Notes: generated by a model not told the origin, from the sequence alone. Shown: positions 1 through 12,225, numbered from the stretch's first letter. The stretch: DNA of 64,000 nucleotides from Paraspadella gotoi (GCA_051294375.1 CM119267.1:7854683-7918682), one strand, 5' to 3'. A program made the numbers and translations.

Positions 1-143
1 AGGCATTTTGTTATTAATTTTTTGGGCAATACGTTAAAACGTACGGTCTAACAAATGAGGGTTAGTGACCACTACGTAGTATTATTTTTAAACAAGAATC
101 TTAATTTATAAATCTCGACTTAAGATTTTAAATTTAATGACAG

Positions 144-2072
144 ATTCCAAAACATTCCAACGCCACTCAAGGGCAGGAGGAAGTCGTCGCCAAAGAATTT
201 CACTTTGATCAGGTAATGAGATTTTTGTAATTCTAATTCGGAATAACAATCGATGAAAAACGCTGCGTAAAATGAAAAAAAATATATTATTACATTTTCT
301 TGTTTTGTTCCGTACGCTTGATGGCTCATGATGCTCGTCTACGTAATTATGCAATGATGCGAAAAAAAGTATTGCGAAACCAACATCAAGAATATCGCTG
401 CCCTTTTTAATCTCTTCCCGAAGGATCATCTGCACATCCGCGAGGAATCTCTGCAATCCACTGCGCAGGAGGAGTCACATCGACAGCCCCACCCCGTCGC
501 CGTAGCAGATGAAGAGGAGCCGGCCCAGCATCTGCAAGAGCAGCAATCTTGGGAGCTCCATCAGCAGCGATTAAAGATGCAGCAGGAGGAGGAAAGGAGG
601 AGAAAGAAGGCGGCCGACGAGGAACGAAGGAGCAGGGAGGAGGAAGAAAAGTTGAGGCTTCACGTGGAGGAAGTGAAGAAGAAGCAGGAGGAGGAGGAAA
701 CGAGGGTGAGGGAGGAAATGAGAATGGAGGAGATGAGGAGGGAGGAAGAGGAGAGGAGGAAGGAGGAAGAGAGAAAGGAGGAGGAACGGAGAAAGGAGGA
801 AAAGAGGAAGGAAGATAAGAGGAAGGAGGAGGAAAAGAGGAAAGAGGAGAAAAGAAAAGATGAAGAGAAAATAAAGGAAGCGGAGAGGAAGAGAAGGGAG
901 GAAATTAAAAAAGCTTTGCAGCTTAACAGAGAGAAGGCGAGGAAGGATGCGGAAAAGACGGAAGACGCGAGGAAAAACAACGAGGAGAATCGTCGAGTGG
1001 AGGAAGAATTGAAGAAACAGTTGAAGATGGAATTCGAGGCGGAGTTGAGGGAAGAGTTGAAGAAGCAAGAAATAAAGATTAAGGTAATTATTATTATTAT
1101 TATTAATATTAGTATTATAATTATTATTATTTGTTCAAAAAATAACCGTCTGTAACCGTCTGCTCCTAACATTCAGGTGCAAGAAGAGATGAAATCCCGA
1201 TCGAAACAGTCGACGAAGACGACGACGAACGATTCGAAGGAGCAGACGAACGCTGGAGAAGGTTCGGCCGCGATGGAAGAGAATGACGGTCGTAGCCTCA
1301 GAGGCGGCGACTCGACGGCGCTTCCGAACGTCGAAGCCTATGACTCCAAGGACGACGAGTTGCGACAGCGACTCGAGCAAAAATTGATCAAGGAGCAGGA
1401 AGAGATCCGCTTCAAGCAGCTGCAGCGCGAGGCGTCCAAGATTCAAGGTCGGCTGGATGAGCAGCGACGCCGCATGCAGGAGCTGAACCCACGCAACAAA
1501 AAGTCTAGTCTGTTTATACAGGTACTAAATTTTACTAAGAAAACGAGCATAATTTGTTGATAAAACGTTTTAAAATTAAACCAATTAGTGTCTTGTAGTT
1601 TATTCGGAATTTAAAATTGATTTTGGAATGTAGCTTCGAGAATGGATCGCTCAGCAATTGATATTTTGTTGATGACCGATATAAAAACCGATTCCAGGTG
1701 GCTGCGGAAAGCAGCAGCGGACGACCGACTCCGGCGCAAAAAGCCTGCGTTCACCGAACTCGGAGCGTCGCAGTGGACCGCATGACGCAGTCGATGACGG
1801 GAGAGTTGTCGGAGAGGATCGTCTCCGACGACGCCAGACTAATGAGTCCGCAGTTCCCCGACGGCTCGAGAATCGATCCCGAGGAGCAGTGGCAACAGTG
1901 GCAGCAGCTGCAGCAGCTGCACCAGTTACGCCAAACCATGATGCGGCGACAACAGGAAACTAGGGACGAGACGACCGAAGTGCTGGATTACACGATGACG
2001 GCGGTGCCACTTCAGACGGTCTCCGACAAGAAGGCCACAGTTTTTCAGAACAACATCGATCAGTTTGGATGA
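144..2072 (+). CDS. 3' part of a multi-exon gene for a low-complexity protein with an ER/K-rich single alpha-helix or coiled-coil segment; 5' end lies outside the window
   Basis: Phase-0 exons 144-212, 424-1083, 1177-1521 and 1698-2072, all with AG/GT borders, join into one frame: IPKHSNATQGQEEVVAKEFHFDQ-DHLHIREESLQ...EEEERRKEEERKEEERRKEEKRKEEDKRKEEEKRK...EIRFKQLQREASKIQGRLDEQRRRMQE...VFQNNIDQFG*. No family could be recognised. Confidence 0.65.
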
Positions 2073-3303
2073 TAAAAAGTTACTCGTATGAATTTTTAAA
2101 AAAATAATAGTTTTAGCAATCAGAAGCGTGATCAATAATCCGATATGGTCGAATAACTAACAACTACCTTATATCTAAACTCACCAGTTTTGTAAACGCT
2201 TTATCATCATCTACCGACTGTGTTCTATACGTAATACATACTGTGCAGTTTAAACTTGAGTTTCTTAATTTTAGACAATGATCTTTGAATATTATAAATA
2301 GTTATTTTTTTTTTCATCCTAATTTGTTATTTAGAGAGTTATTTCTCCGCAAAGAATCAATTTAATTTAGGACTCATACTTGGACAGATTTTTAAAAGAG
2401 ATGAAAAGAAGATAATCAAGTGGAGAATGGAAATTATGGAAAAAAATAATTATTAATCTTGATCAATCTTTAATCATTTAATGATTCTTTGATTTCTTCC
2501 AAAAATTAACGTCAGTAATGACAGTTCACCGGTCACTCTCAGAACCTTTCTAAAAACTTGGCTAGCTGTCTACTGTCCATGGTTTAAAATTTGTACGATG
2601 CAGTCAATAAACCCACTTTTTGTTTTGTATAAATGTCAGACTTTCCTTGCGGGGCTCCGAAAGTACTCACAACAATACCGAAATAGTGAAGGACTGATTA
2701 CCCAAAAACAAGGGCGACAATATCGCCAATAATCATTACGGTACCTTTTGAATCTGCGGCGTCCCTAGATTGTGGCCAACGGAGATCGTAGAAAATTTCT
2801 CCTGCGGATGAGCTTCACAGTTCAGACGCGTATTGAATCCATGGAATTCACTCCATGGAACCAAGGAAGGAAAAATCGGTGAATGATGGAAAGAAGAAAA
2901 GAGGAGGCGGAGTTGGTGATTCACGCGCGGGGAGGAACTTGGAATGATGAGGAGGGGGCAGGAGGAGAAAGATGGTAGGAAAAGGAGGATGAGAGAGAGA
3001 GAGAGAGCAATTGTGAAATGTGGTTTGCGTATGTGGGAAGAAACGTTTTGACGTAGTGAGAAAATTCTGGAAGAAGACGCCGGGTAATTATCGATCCCAT
3101 TCCCCGTTCTCATTTCATTTTTTTAAAAACCGGATGCGAAGAAGCTTCACGATTAATCGGGGTGGACATTTTCGTTAATTTTACAACAGTCAGAATGATA
3201 TTTAGAAAGTGAATTTAAAACTAAATAATAATTAACTATAAAATTATTTCACTGACAATTAATATCCAAATGAAATTTCAAATTAAATCTATTGGCTTAT
3301 GTA

Positions 3304-3338
3304 TTAACCATTGGTTACGTAACCATTGGTTACGTAAC
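3304..3338. promoter_or_regulatory. Tandem palindromic X-box-like (RFX) motif upstream of paralogue 1
   Basis: TTAACCATTGGTTAC followed by GTAACCATTGGTTAC (3319-3333), fitting the loose GTNRCC-N(0-3)-GGYNAC X-box form, about 185 bp before the ATG at 3518. Overlaps GTTACGTAAC palindromes. Confidence 0.35.
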
Positions 3339-3517
3339 GCGAATCACTGATCCAATTTCCCAGTCCCCTCTAAAAAAACATTTTTCTTTACTAAGATAGA
3401 TGCAATAAAAATATCGATTTTTGCTTAGCCATCAATTAAAATAGCTATTTTTTATAAGTACCGCATTGACGAGTTATACATAGTAATTATAAAACGTAGT
3501 TAAACGTAGTTTTAACC

Positions 3518-5452
3518 ATGAACTGCCCCGGGCCCCTGCTCTTCGAATTATCCGACCGTACTCCCATATACCAAGGCGAAAGGGGTTACGACGAGTTGCC
3601 ATTTTGTTCGGAAAACGGAGAGAGAGTGGTGGCGAAACGTCCGCCCGCGGAACCGAAAAAGGCGTTGCTGTCCGGGCCGATCAAAAGAGCAAATGACACG
3701 GGTGCAGAGAATGAGACTCCAGCGATCAAAGCGGGTGAGGTTTTGAACTGAAGTAATTGGAATAGTAATAGTAATAGAAGGAAATTTTTCTTTTTTTTCT
3801 TTTTTATAAAAGCCGATTATTGTTTTTTTTTTCATTCCAAATTTACATCATTACAAGTTTTTAATAATTGTTATTTCCAATCATTTTTATGAAATAGTTG
3901 CTTTCGTCATCTGTTGAAAGTATTTTAAAAAACAATATATACGTTACCGTTAACATACGTAGATTGTCCCTTTCCTTCAACCAAATATATAATAATATAT
4001 AACGATAGAAAAGGCGCGCCTACGCCTTCCGGCCATCGTTCATGGTCAAGCGCCGTGTCCATGCAAACCGATCGGTACTGATCGCTCACACCACATCAGG
4101 AGCGACAGATTTATGGAAACGGTGGACCCAAAGCTTCCAAGGTTAAACAGTAATTGGAGATGTAATATAATATATAATAAATTGCTTAATATTATGACCT
4201 TAGTTAATAATTAATATAACCTAATTAATATAATTTAGATATTAAACTTTCTCTCCGCAGAGCGACGATACATTCCATCGGGAAGCACATTTTCCCCCCA
4301 CGTGAGCGGCCATGTTGGATCTCCGAGACACGAAGCTCTTATCCTCCACGATTCACTCGTCCGCCACCGATTGCGCCGCGTCCGCCCTTGGGCAAAGTCA
4401 TGCACGAAGACCGGAGGTGGCTCGATTATCTTTCGGAACCGCGAAAGGAGTACGGGGTCAAGGAAGCGGACACGGCGCCCGTCAAATACGTCGATCAGGC
4501 TCGACATACGTTCAAGTTTCAAGAGGATCTTAGGTTAAACGGTGTTATTATTCGAAACGTTAAAAACGGTTTTATATCTGGAATAAACCTAATCAATCCG
4601 TGAGTCAATCAATCAATCAACAGTCCAAACCAAAAAAAAAAAAATATTGATACTTTACAGTTTGATTAATGATTTAAGTACTGACGGCCAACATTTTAAT
4701 GTTAGCCGGAAATACGTAAACCTTTCCAGTTATAATTGCAGATGAGAGTTCTGCATTCTGGAGTAATAGGGAAATTATTGGACATCTAGGTTCTCCTCTT
4801 CAAGTTCTTCTTTGTCTGCAGAAACGATAACTTCGAATCTAATTACGGGATCTCCTACCCACCGCGCTTCGATCCTCCGCCGCGTCCTTCCTCGCGAATG
4901 AAACGCACTCACGTTACTTTCGGAGACAGAAGGAACGAGGAGTTCTTGTCGGAGGCGCAGAAGTCTTACATCCAGCATCCCCTCGGCGAGACGCTTCCCT
5001 TCGTCAAAGGTCGCTGAGACGAGTGTGACAACCTTGGTTTGTATCAGAGAAAGAAGAATTTTTTGGGTCGTATTTTGGAAAATGGAAGACTGAGAGATAT
5101 CACTGCGATCGGGAGAAAGAAAGACAATTTGTCTGTCGTTTTGTCTTATACTAATAGTTTGTAAAATGGGGAATAAGAAATAAAGATATTTTAAAAATTG
5201 CCCCAAAAAAAAAGAAGAAGCAAACAAAAAACAACAACAATATCATCAACTAAAACTTAAAACCAATCCAAAAACTGAAGACGCGTATTGCAGATCAAAG
5301 CCGGCACACCTACAACTTCAAACCGGAACCACGGCTCTGCGACCCTCAGCACACCAGCTATGGCGAGGCCTACGCGCCGCGTCCTGACTTTCGGCCGGAA
5401 GTCGTTGACGGATCTGATTTTTATCGGGTGCGTTGTGTCTCACCCGCTTGAT

Positions 5453-5523
<71 letters not shown>

Positions 5524-5553
5524 AAGAGAGAGAAGAGAGAAAGAGAGAGAGAG

Positions 5554-5633
<80 letters not shown>

Positions 5634-6556
5634 AAATTAAATCGAAATTTTATCTTCTCAAGACGCACTTCAAAATGGGAGACGAGCAGAAGGAAAACGA
5701 GTGGCTCAGCATGTACCTAAAGGAGTACAGGGAACACCCTCCCGCGACGTCAGAGGGTAAGTAAAAGAAAACCACGTGAACTTGGAACGAGTTTTACTTC
5801 GTCCGAGGAATCGTCTTACAAGTCACGTAATTTGGTAAAACCAATTTAAAAAAAATCCATTTAAATTTTAATAAAGAAGCTATCTTGCCCCTGACTTTGG
5901 ACAGGCTATGGTGGTATAAGGCTTCCATCACACAAGATTCTAACAAATTTTTTGTTCAGCGATGAAGCACTAAAATTAAACGAATATCAAAAACTAAATT
6001 GTGAGTAAACTCACCGATCCCCATCGATTAAAAATCAAACCCCCGTGATCACAGCCCAGGGAAAAGATCTGCATCGAACCAACTTCAAGTTGTTCGGTTC
6101 CAAAGATAACTGGGAGTCGACGTACGGGCTTTCGTACGCTAACCGACCTGGCGCCAGGCCCAAAGCCTTCTCTGCGGATTCTTACAAACCAGGCAAGTTT
6201 CGGAGGTTTTTTTTTTTTACGTTGGGAGGTATTTTATTTATATTATTAATATCATTATTGTTTTTAGTAACATTTTTATTGTTGACGATCGTGTGCAGGA
6301 GTGAAATTCACCCTCCGCGACCCGAAATCTCGGGCGGAACAATCGACGACGACGAACATGGCGGACTTCGTCGACCACGGAATGGGGAAGCCGCCGCAGG
6401 AAAACGGGGATCAGGGACGCACGACGATGGTGATGACGGATCCTCGGCTGAAAGAGATCGCGGATTATCACAAGAAAACTACTTACGGGGAATATTATTA
6501 TCCTAAGTAAATGTGACAGGACGAAGCGAGGGAAGGCGATTCGAATCTAAAACTCT

Positions 6557-6654
<98 letters not shown>

Positions 6655-7753
6655 ATTTAAAGACCAGCGTCGGAAGCCTTTCATCCCGGACGGCAGCTGC
6701 ATCGACGATTGCATGGGACGTGACAAGAAGACGTCCGACTACAACTCCACCTACCGCACGGATATGCAAGACTTTGGCGTGACGCCACCAGAGGAGCGCA
6801 TGAATCCGGATTACGTTTGGAACTTCCTGAGTCCCGGAAACAGCGTTGTCAGTCGTGGACGGCACGTCAAGATGAGCGGAAATACCGGTTACTGAATAAC
6901 GTATTTAACGGAGCGATCTCGCTCTCTTATCGTCCAGCACAATGTCATTTTTTTACTAGAGTATAGTAATTTAAACTCGCCAATTAAATTTCCATTCATG
7001 GGCTGTCATTTCGATACGTAAAATGACCATTAAAACCTTTAATTAAGAAATGACAATGCTACTTTTCAGTTTTGCACTTTTGGGACATTAACATGAAATA
7101 AATTTAATTATTGAAACTTTATTCCCCCTACGATTTGATCAACTTCTTTTCGTTTTCTGTTAGTTTTCTGCACACTTCCTCACTTCCACCCCCAATCCTC
7201 TGCTTTACTCGACCACCAACTAGGCGAATACGAGACTGAACATCGCGACAGGTTTAACCCCAAGACGCCGACGGCCATCTCCCCCGAATTGCGGAGGGAG
7301 CTCGGGACGCGTCAGCGCGTTAGCCACTTTTGCACTTATAACAAGTTCAAGGAATATCTTTCGGAATATCAGGATAGGTACTAATGTAATATCGGTTAAC
7401 AAATAAGTTCACTAACTTTTCCTATTTCTCTGTTTTATCCGTCGGTGAATAAGTTACCGAGAAAATATACTTATTTACCCACCATTTATTCCATTGTTGC
7501 CTATAAGGTACATCGAAATGGCTAACATTCCGGAAAAGCCAAACGAGTGTCTCTGCAAATGCGATTGCAAGTAAGTTCTGTTACGTTACGCATTTCATGT
7601 TTTTTTCTATTCAAATTTTAATCAAACTCGAGAGATGTGATCTTTTGTTTTCTTTCCAGATGCAAGTGCCTTACCCCGTGCGAATGCAGCGGCGCCCTCG
7701 AGCCCGTGAATCCTTTCCGCGGAGAGTCGACCGATTGTCCGTTGACTTGTTGA
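3518..7753 (+). CDS. TEX45/SAXO5-like ciliary microtubule-inner protein with Cys-rich C-terminal tail, paralogue 1 (12 exons, 642 aa predicted)
   Basis: Exons 3518-3734, 4009-4141, 4261-4533, 4822-5009, 5294-5427, 5663-5756, 6055-6192, 6299-6506, 6655-6887, 7224-7377, 7508-7570 and 7660-7753 sum to 1929 nt in one open frame. Repeated units such as THFKMGDEQKENEWLSMYLKEY, TNFKLFGSKDNWESTYGLSY, KFTLRDPKSRAEQSTTTNMADF and PPLGKVMHEDRRWLDYLSEPRKEY resemble Mn-motif repeats of SAXO/TEX45 proteins (family call from memory, not searched). The exon structure is mirrored by paralogue 2. Confidence 0.75.
5452..5630. repeat. (AG)n microsatellite, intronic
   Basis: Near-pure GA run in intron 5 of paralogue 1; one of dozens in the window. 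Confidence 0.95.
5878..5940 (-). repeat. Fragment of a dispersed repeat also present at about 12445-12500 and 12755-12820
   Basis: AAGCTATCTTGCCCCTGACTTTGGACAGGCTATGGTGG is the reverse complement, with one mismatch, of CCACCAAAGCCTGTCCAAAGTCAGGGGCAAGATAGCTT at about 12782-12819. Confidence 0.75.
6561..6652. repeat. (TC)n microsatellite forming the polypyrimidine tract of intron 8 in paralogue 1
   Basis: Pure TC run ending directly at the AG acceptor (6653-6654). Confidence 0.9.
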
Positions 7754-8354
7754 GAGTGGGATCTTTCATCGGATGCAAGTCGTTTAATAGATAGTAATGA
7801 AATTGATAATTAGATATATTAAAGTCGAAAATAGAATTTAAAACGGGAGCTAAAAAAAATCAATTGTATTCGTTTAATTAATGGTTCTAGTCTAGTGACG
7901 TATTGCCTTCGGCACGGGATTGCAAGATCAGGGGCTTCGTCGCCGTCCACTACGGGCGTATATAAGCCGATTCAAAGCGGAATATGTTAGCAAGGACGGA
8001 ATATTATAAATAAGTCATATAAATATCAAGGGACACGATCCAGTGATAAATACGTGAGCCAGTTTCGTTATATGGTCGCAATTAGACATTAATTTGTAAT
8101 TAGAAATCATTTCTTATTCAACAGATAATGAGACCAGAAGTTAGTTTAGCTCTAACTTAGCTTCAACTTAGCGTAGAAATTCATATTGTACAGTTCAGGA
8201 GCAAAGCAACTTTTTCTCCAACCTTGCACCTGACTAGTTTTAGTTTTAATTGCGAGTTAATTCTAAAACCTTCATTAATAATCTTCATACGCTTTAATTT
8301 ATCTTTAACGTATGAAAACTGTGAAAAAAAATTATTTAATATCATAATTCGACC

Positions 8355-11300
8355 ATGAGCGATAACCCGTATTGCGCGGGACCTTTGATCGTCGATCTTG
8401 CCACGAGAACTCCGCTCTATTGGGGAGAACGGAGCTACGACGATTTGCCATTTTGTTCGGACGAAGAGAAAGTTAAAGTCGCGAAAATAAAAGTGGCGCC
8501 AGCATCTCCGGTGACCGGCCGCGTGACGAGAGTGAATGAAGAAAAACAAAGTAACAGCGGCATAGACCCCGCAGGTTGGAATTTTTGTTTTATAATCTTT
8601 TAAGTTTTTTTAAAATTATTCTCTTGGAAATGTTGATAATTGAGGTTTTAAATTGGCAAAAGGTTAGTACTGCTGCATTCTTCACTGACCACATTTTCAT
8701 ACTAAAAAAGAGACGGCCCGATTGCGTCTCCCCGCTATAGTCCACGGTCAAGCGCCATGTCCCTGTAAACCAGTCAATGCTAAGAGGTCGGACCATATCA
8801 AGACCCACAGTTTTATAGAAACTATTGATCCGAAACTACCCAGGTATTTTGTATTCAATTATGTTAATATAGTTTTGTTATTAATAAAAAAAAAACCAAA
8901 ACTACACGGGTAAAAATTTTTGACTTTTTGTTAATGGTTGTAATCAGACACTTTTTTGCAAGGTAACAGTTTAGAATGATATAAATATTAAATACAATAG
9001 ATAGATGGTTAAATACAAAAAATATTTGTTTGCAAGTAAAAAAAAAAAGAGTTATTTTTAGAAAGAATTAGTCTTCAACGATGGAAGAAAATGAACAAAT
9101 TGGAAAACGCCCCACAGAGCCACGATCCATTCCATCGGGAAGCACATTTTCCCTCCTCGAGAGCGACCATGTTGGACCTCGGAGACGCGGAGTTCGTATC
9201 CTCCTCGATTTACTCGTCCACCACCGATTGCGCCGCGTCCGCCCTTGGGAAAGATCATGCACGAGGACCGCAAATGGATCGATTATCTGTCAGAGTCGCG
9301 AAAAGAATACGGGGTCAAGGAGACGGACTCCGCGCCAGTGGGATACGTCGACCAGGCCAGACACACGTTTCAGTTTAAAGAGGATCTCAGGTTCTAGAGT
9401 AATGCGAAAACCATTCGTTTTTAGTTCTGTTTACACTCTTACTATAAAGTGAATTAAAAAAAAACAACAAAAAAACCCAAACGAAATACGTAAAAACCTT
9501 AATGTTCTTTCGTGTCAAAGAAACGTGGACTTTGAATCGACGCACAAAGCGGCTTACGCACCGAGATACGTCCTGCCCGATCGAGCCGAGTCGAAAAAGT
9601 CCGAATCTCACGTTCCGTTCGGCGACCAGAGATACGTGGAAATGCTGTCGGAGGCTCAAAAAGCTTTCGTCGAACACCCGCCAGCCAACACCCAACCCAT
9701 AGTCAACGGTCAACCTCTTTTTATTATTTAATTATCAGACTTTAAATGTCAAACTAAATATGAACGTGCCCATTGTCATACGTGTCCAAACTGTCCAAAC
9801 TGTCCATGTGATGTCCGTGTCACTGTCATTGCGAAAGGAGATTGGATGATTGGAGATTGGATGCGATTGGATGAGATTGGATGAGATTGGATGCGAAAGA
9901 GTTGGATGTTTTGAGAAATCCCCTTATTTTTACGACTTGTAATCGTTAATTTAATGCTAATTTTTATTTACTCTTTCCACTCCTTGGGGGCAATGCAGAC
10001 CAGAGCAAGCACACCTACAACTTTAAGCCAGAACCACGACTTTGCGACCCGATTCACACGAGCTACGACGAGGCCTTCGCCCCGCGACCAGATTTTCGCC
10101 CTGACAAAGCGGACGGCGCGGACTTTTATTCGGTGACGAATGAGTCGGGCCACGCTAACTCAATCAATTGGTCCGGTGTTGTTTTGAGGACAGATGACTA
10201 AGACTTACCTGATCTTCAGTCTCTGTCGCGTTCCAACTTCTATCAACTCGTAAGAGTAAATCCTTTTAACCACAACATTTGCCACAGACACATTTCAAAC
10301 TGGGCGATTTGCAAAAGGAGAACGACAAACTGAGCATGTATCAAAAAGAATTTCGACAGCACGAACCTTCTGCAGCTAAGGGTAAATTACAAATTTATCG
10401 CAACTTTTGAAAATTGATAAAGTCTCAAGATGAAAACGGTTACTACCGTAGGAGTTAAGAAGGACCTCTATCGGACGAATTTTAAACTGTTTGGGTCGAA
10501 GGACGATTGGATGTCAACCTACAACGGAGCTTTTGCCAAGCGCGTCGGACAACGACCCGCCCTACCAGAGGGTTACCCTCAAGGTGAAAAGAAGTTTCAG
10601 TTTCACTTCGTCGTCTGGAGGCAGAGGAATTTTTTTTTGTGTTCCTCTTTCCAAAAAATGTACAATTTGACCCCCAGGAGTTTACTTCTCTCTGCGCGAC
10701 CCGAAATCTCGGGCGGAGCAGACGACGACGACCAACATGGCGGACTTTGTCGATCACGGAATGGAGAAGCCGCAGCAGGAGCACGGCGACCTCACGCGGA
10801 CGACGATGGTGATGACGGATCCGCGGCTCAAGGAGATCACTGATTATCACAAGAAATCCACATACGGAGAGGCTTTTGCACCGAGGTAAGCCAATTGTTC
10901 GGGTTAAACTTTTTAACGAGTATTATACACTATAATACAATACAATACAATATAAAGAGTTTATTTCCAAATGGCAGGGCCTTTCTTAGTAAATCAGACA
11001 AAAACGCGGAAACATGACTGATTGGAAATTAGCCAGTTAAATAACAGTCAACATTAACAATCCCTTTTCTAATGTAACTACGTTGAACCCAGGTTGAACA
11101 CAGAGCCGACTCTCCCGATCAAGAGCGAGTGGAACAGTTTTGACAACATCATGGGTCGAGACAAGTCGACGGAGGACTTCAACTCCACCTATCGGACGGA
11201 CATGATCGACCACGGGGTCACGCCGCCGGAGGAGAAGATTAACAAGGATTACGTCGAGAATGTCATGAATCCCTTCGTCGGGGTGTTGTCTAGAGGAAAG

Positions 11301-11933
11301 CACGTCAAAATGGCGGGAAACACTGGTAATACTATTATTAAATCATTATATGAAACAAGTTAATTATGCGTTACGCCTTTCTACATTTCTAGGTCAATAC
11401 AACACGGAACACCGCGACAATTACAATCCGAAACCAGAGTCGACGGCGATTTCTCCCGAGGAAATGGCGGAGATGAAGACGAGACTGAGAAAGAGTCACT
11501 TCCTCACTTGGCACAAGTTCCGCGAGTATCTGTCCGAGTATCAGACCAGGTTTGTTATCGATAACTTTGTTGAGGTTGTCCTTAGTAGATCGAAATTGGT
11601 GTTTTATTTCACTTCTCTTTTTCTGAAAAAAAAACAAAACAAAAACAAACCCCCCCCCCAAAAAAAAACAACAAAAGGTACAACGAATACGCTAACTTCC
11701 CGGAGAAACCGCAAAAGTGCGGATGTAAATGCGACTGCATGTGAGTAGAGCCTCGTTATCGATAGGCTGTAATAAACAAAAATTGAAATAATAGCTATGA
11801 AACGAAGCCATTGGCCATTTTTTATATTCATTTTTGCAGCTGCAAGTGTGCGGGTTCTTGCGGCTGCAGTGGATCCTTGGAGCCGGTAAAACCCTATAGA
11901 GAGATTCGAGGCGAAGCGTCTTTGTCTTGCTAA
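8355..11933 (+). CDS. TEX45/SAXO5-like ciliary microtubule-inner protein with Cys-rich C-terminal tail, paralogue 2 (12 exons, 642 aa predicted)
   Basis: Exons 8355-8574, 8711-8843, 9118-9390, 9521-9708, 9999-10132, 10288-10381, 10452-10583, 10678-10885, 11093-11325, 11393-11549, 11678-11740 and 11840-11933 sum to 1929 nt with an open frame. Intron phases match paralogue 1, nine exon lengths are identical, many differences are synonymous and the introns are unrelated. Ends KCGCKCDCICKCAGSCGCSGSLEPVKPYREIRGEASLSC*. Confidence 0.75.
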
Positions 11934-12225
11934 TCGCTCGAGCGGTGTTATGACACGCCGCGCCGTCTGATGGTCTACAAAATTTGCTGTAACGCCATTC
12001 ATCTTCATCTCAAGAGAAACCATTTAAAATGGAAAACCGAAAGAGAACGAGAGTTAAATACTACTAAATTCATACTACATAATTCGTAGATAACTTTTTC
12101 TTTCGGTTATAATTGCCTAAAATTTCAGTTTTAATATTTAATTTATATGTAAAATAAACTTAGACGTGTACTTCTAAACTCTTATTTTATTCTAAGTAGT
12201 ATAGGGTATAACTATATGGTTTTAC

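Noticed and set aside
571-1172. Leu/Phe/Ser-rich minus-strand ORFs that look like membrane proteins
   Set aside because: Antisense shadows of the purine-rich ER/K exon.
2520-3113. Possible small gene between the SAH gene and paralogue 1
   Set aside because: No consistent exon chain or recognisable peptide could be built on either strand.
5288-5764. RERE/SLSL ORFs here and throughout the window
   Set aside because: Translations of (AG)n/(CT)n microsatellites; only the flanking exon parts are coding.
7508-7753. Stand-alone metallothionein gene
   Set aside because: The Cys-rich exons are in phase with upstream exons in both paralogues, and paralogue 2 has no start codon for them.
9780-9910. 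Short spaced repeats (ATTGGATGAG, TGTCCAAAC) resembling an array
   Set aside because: Degenerate intronic minisatellite with no unique spacers; not CRISPR-like.
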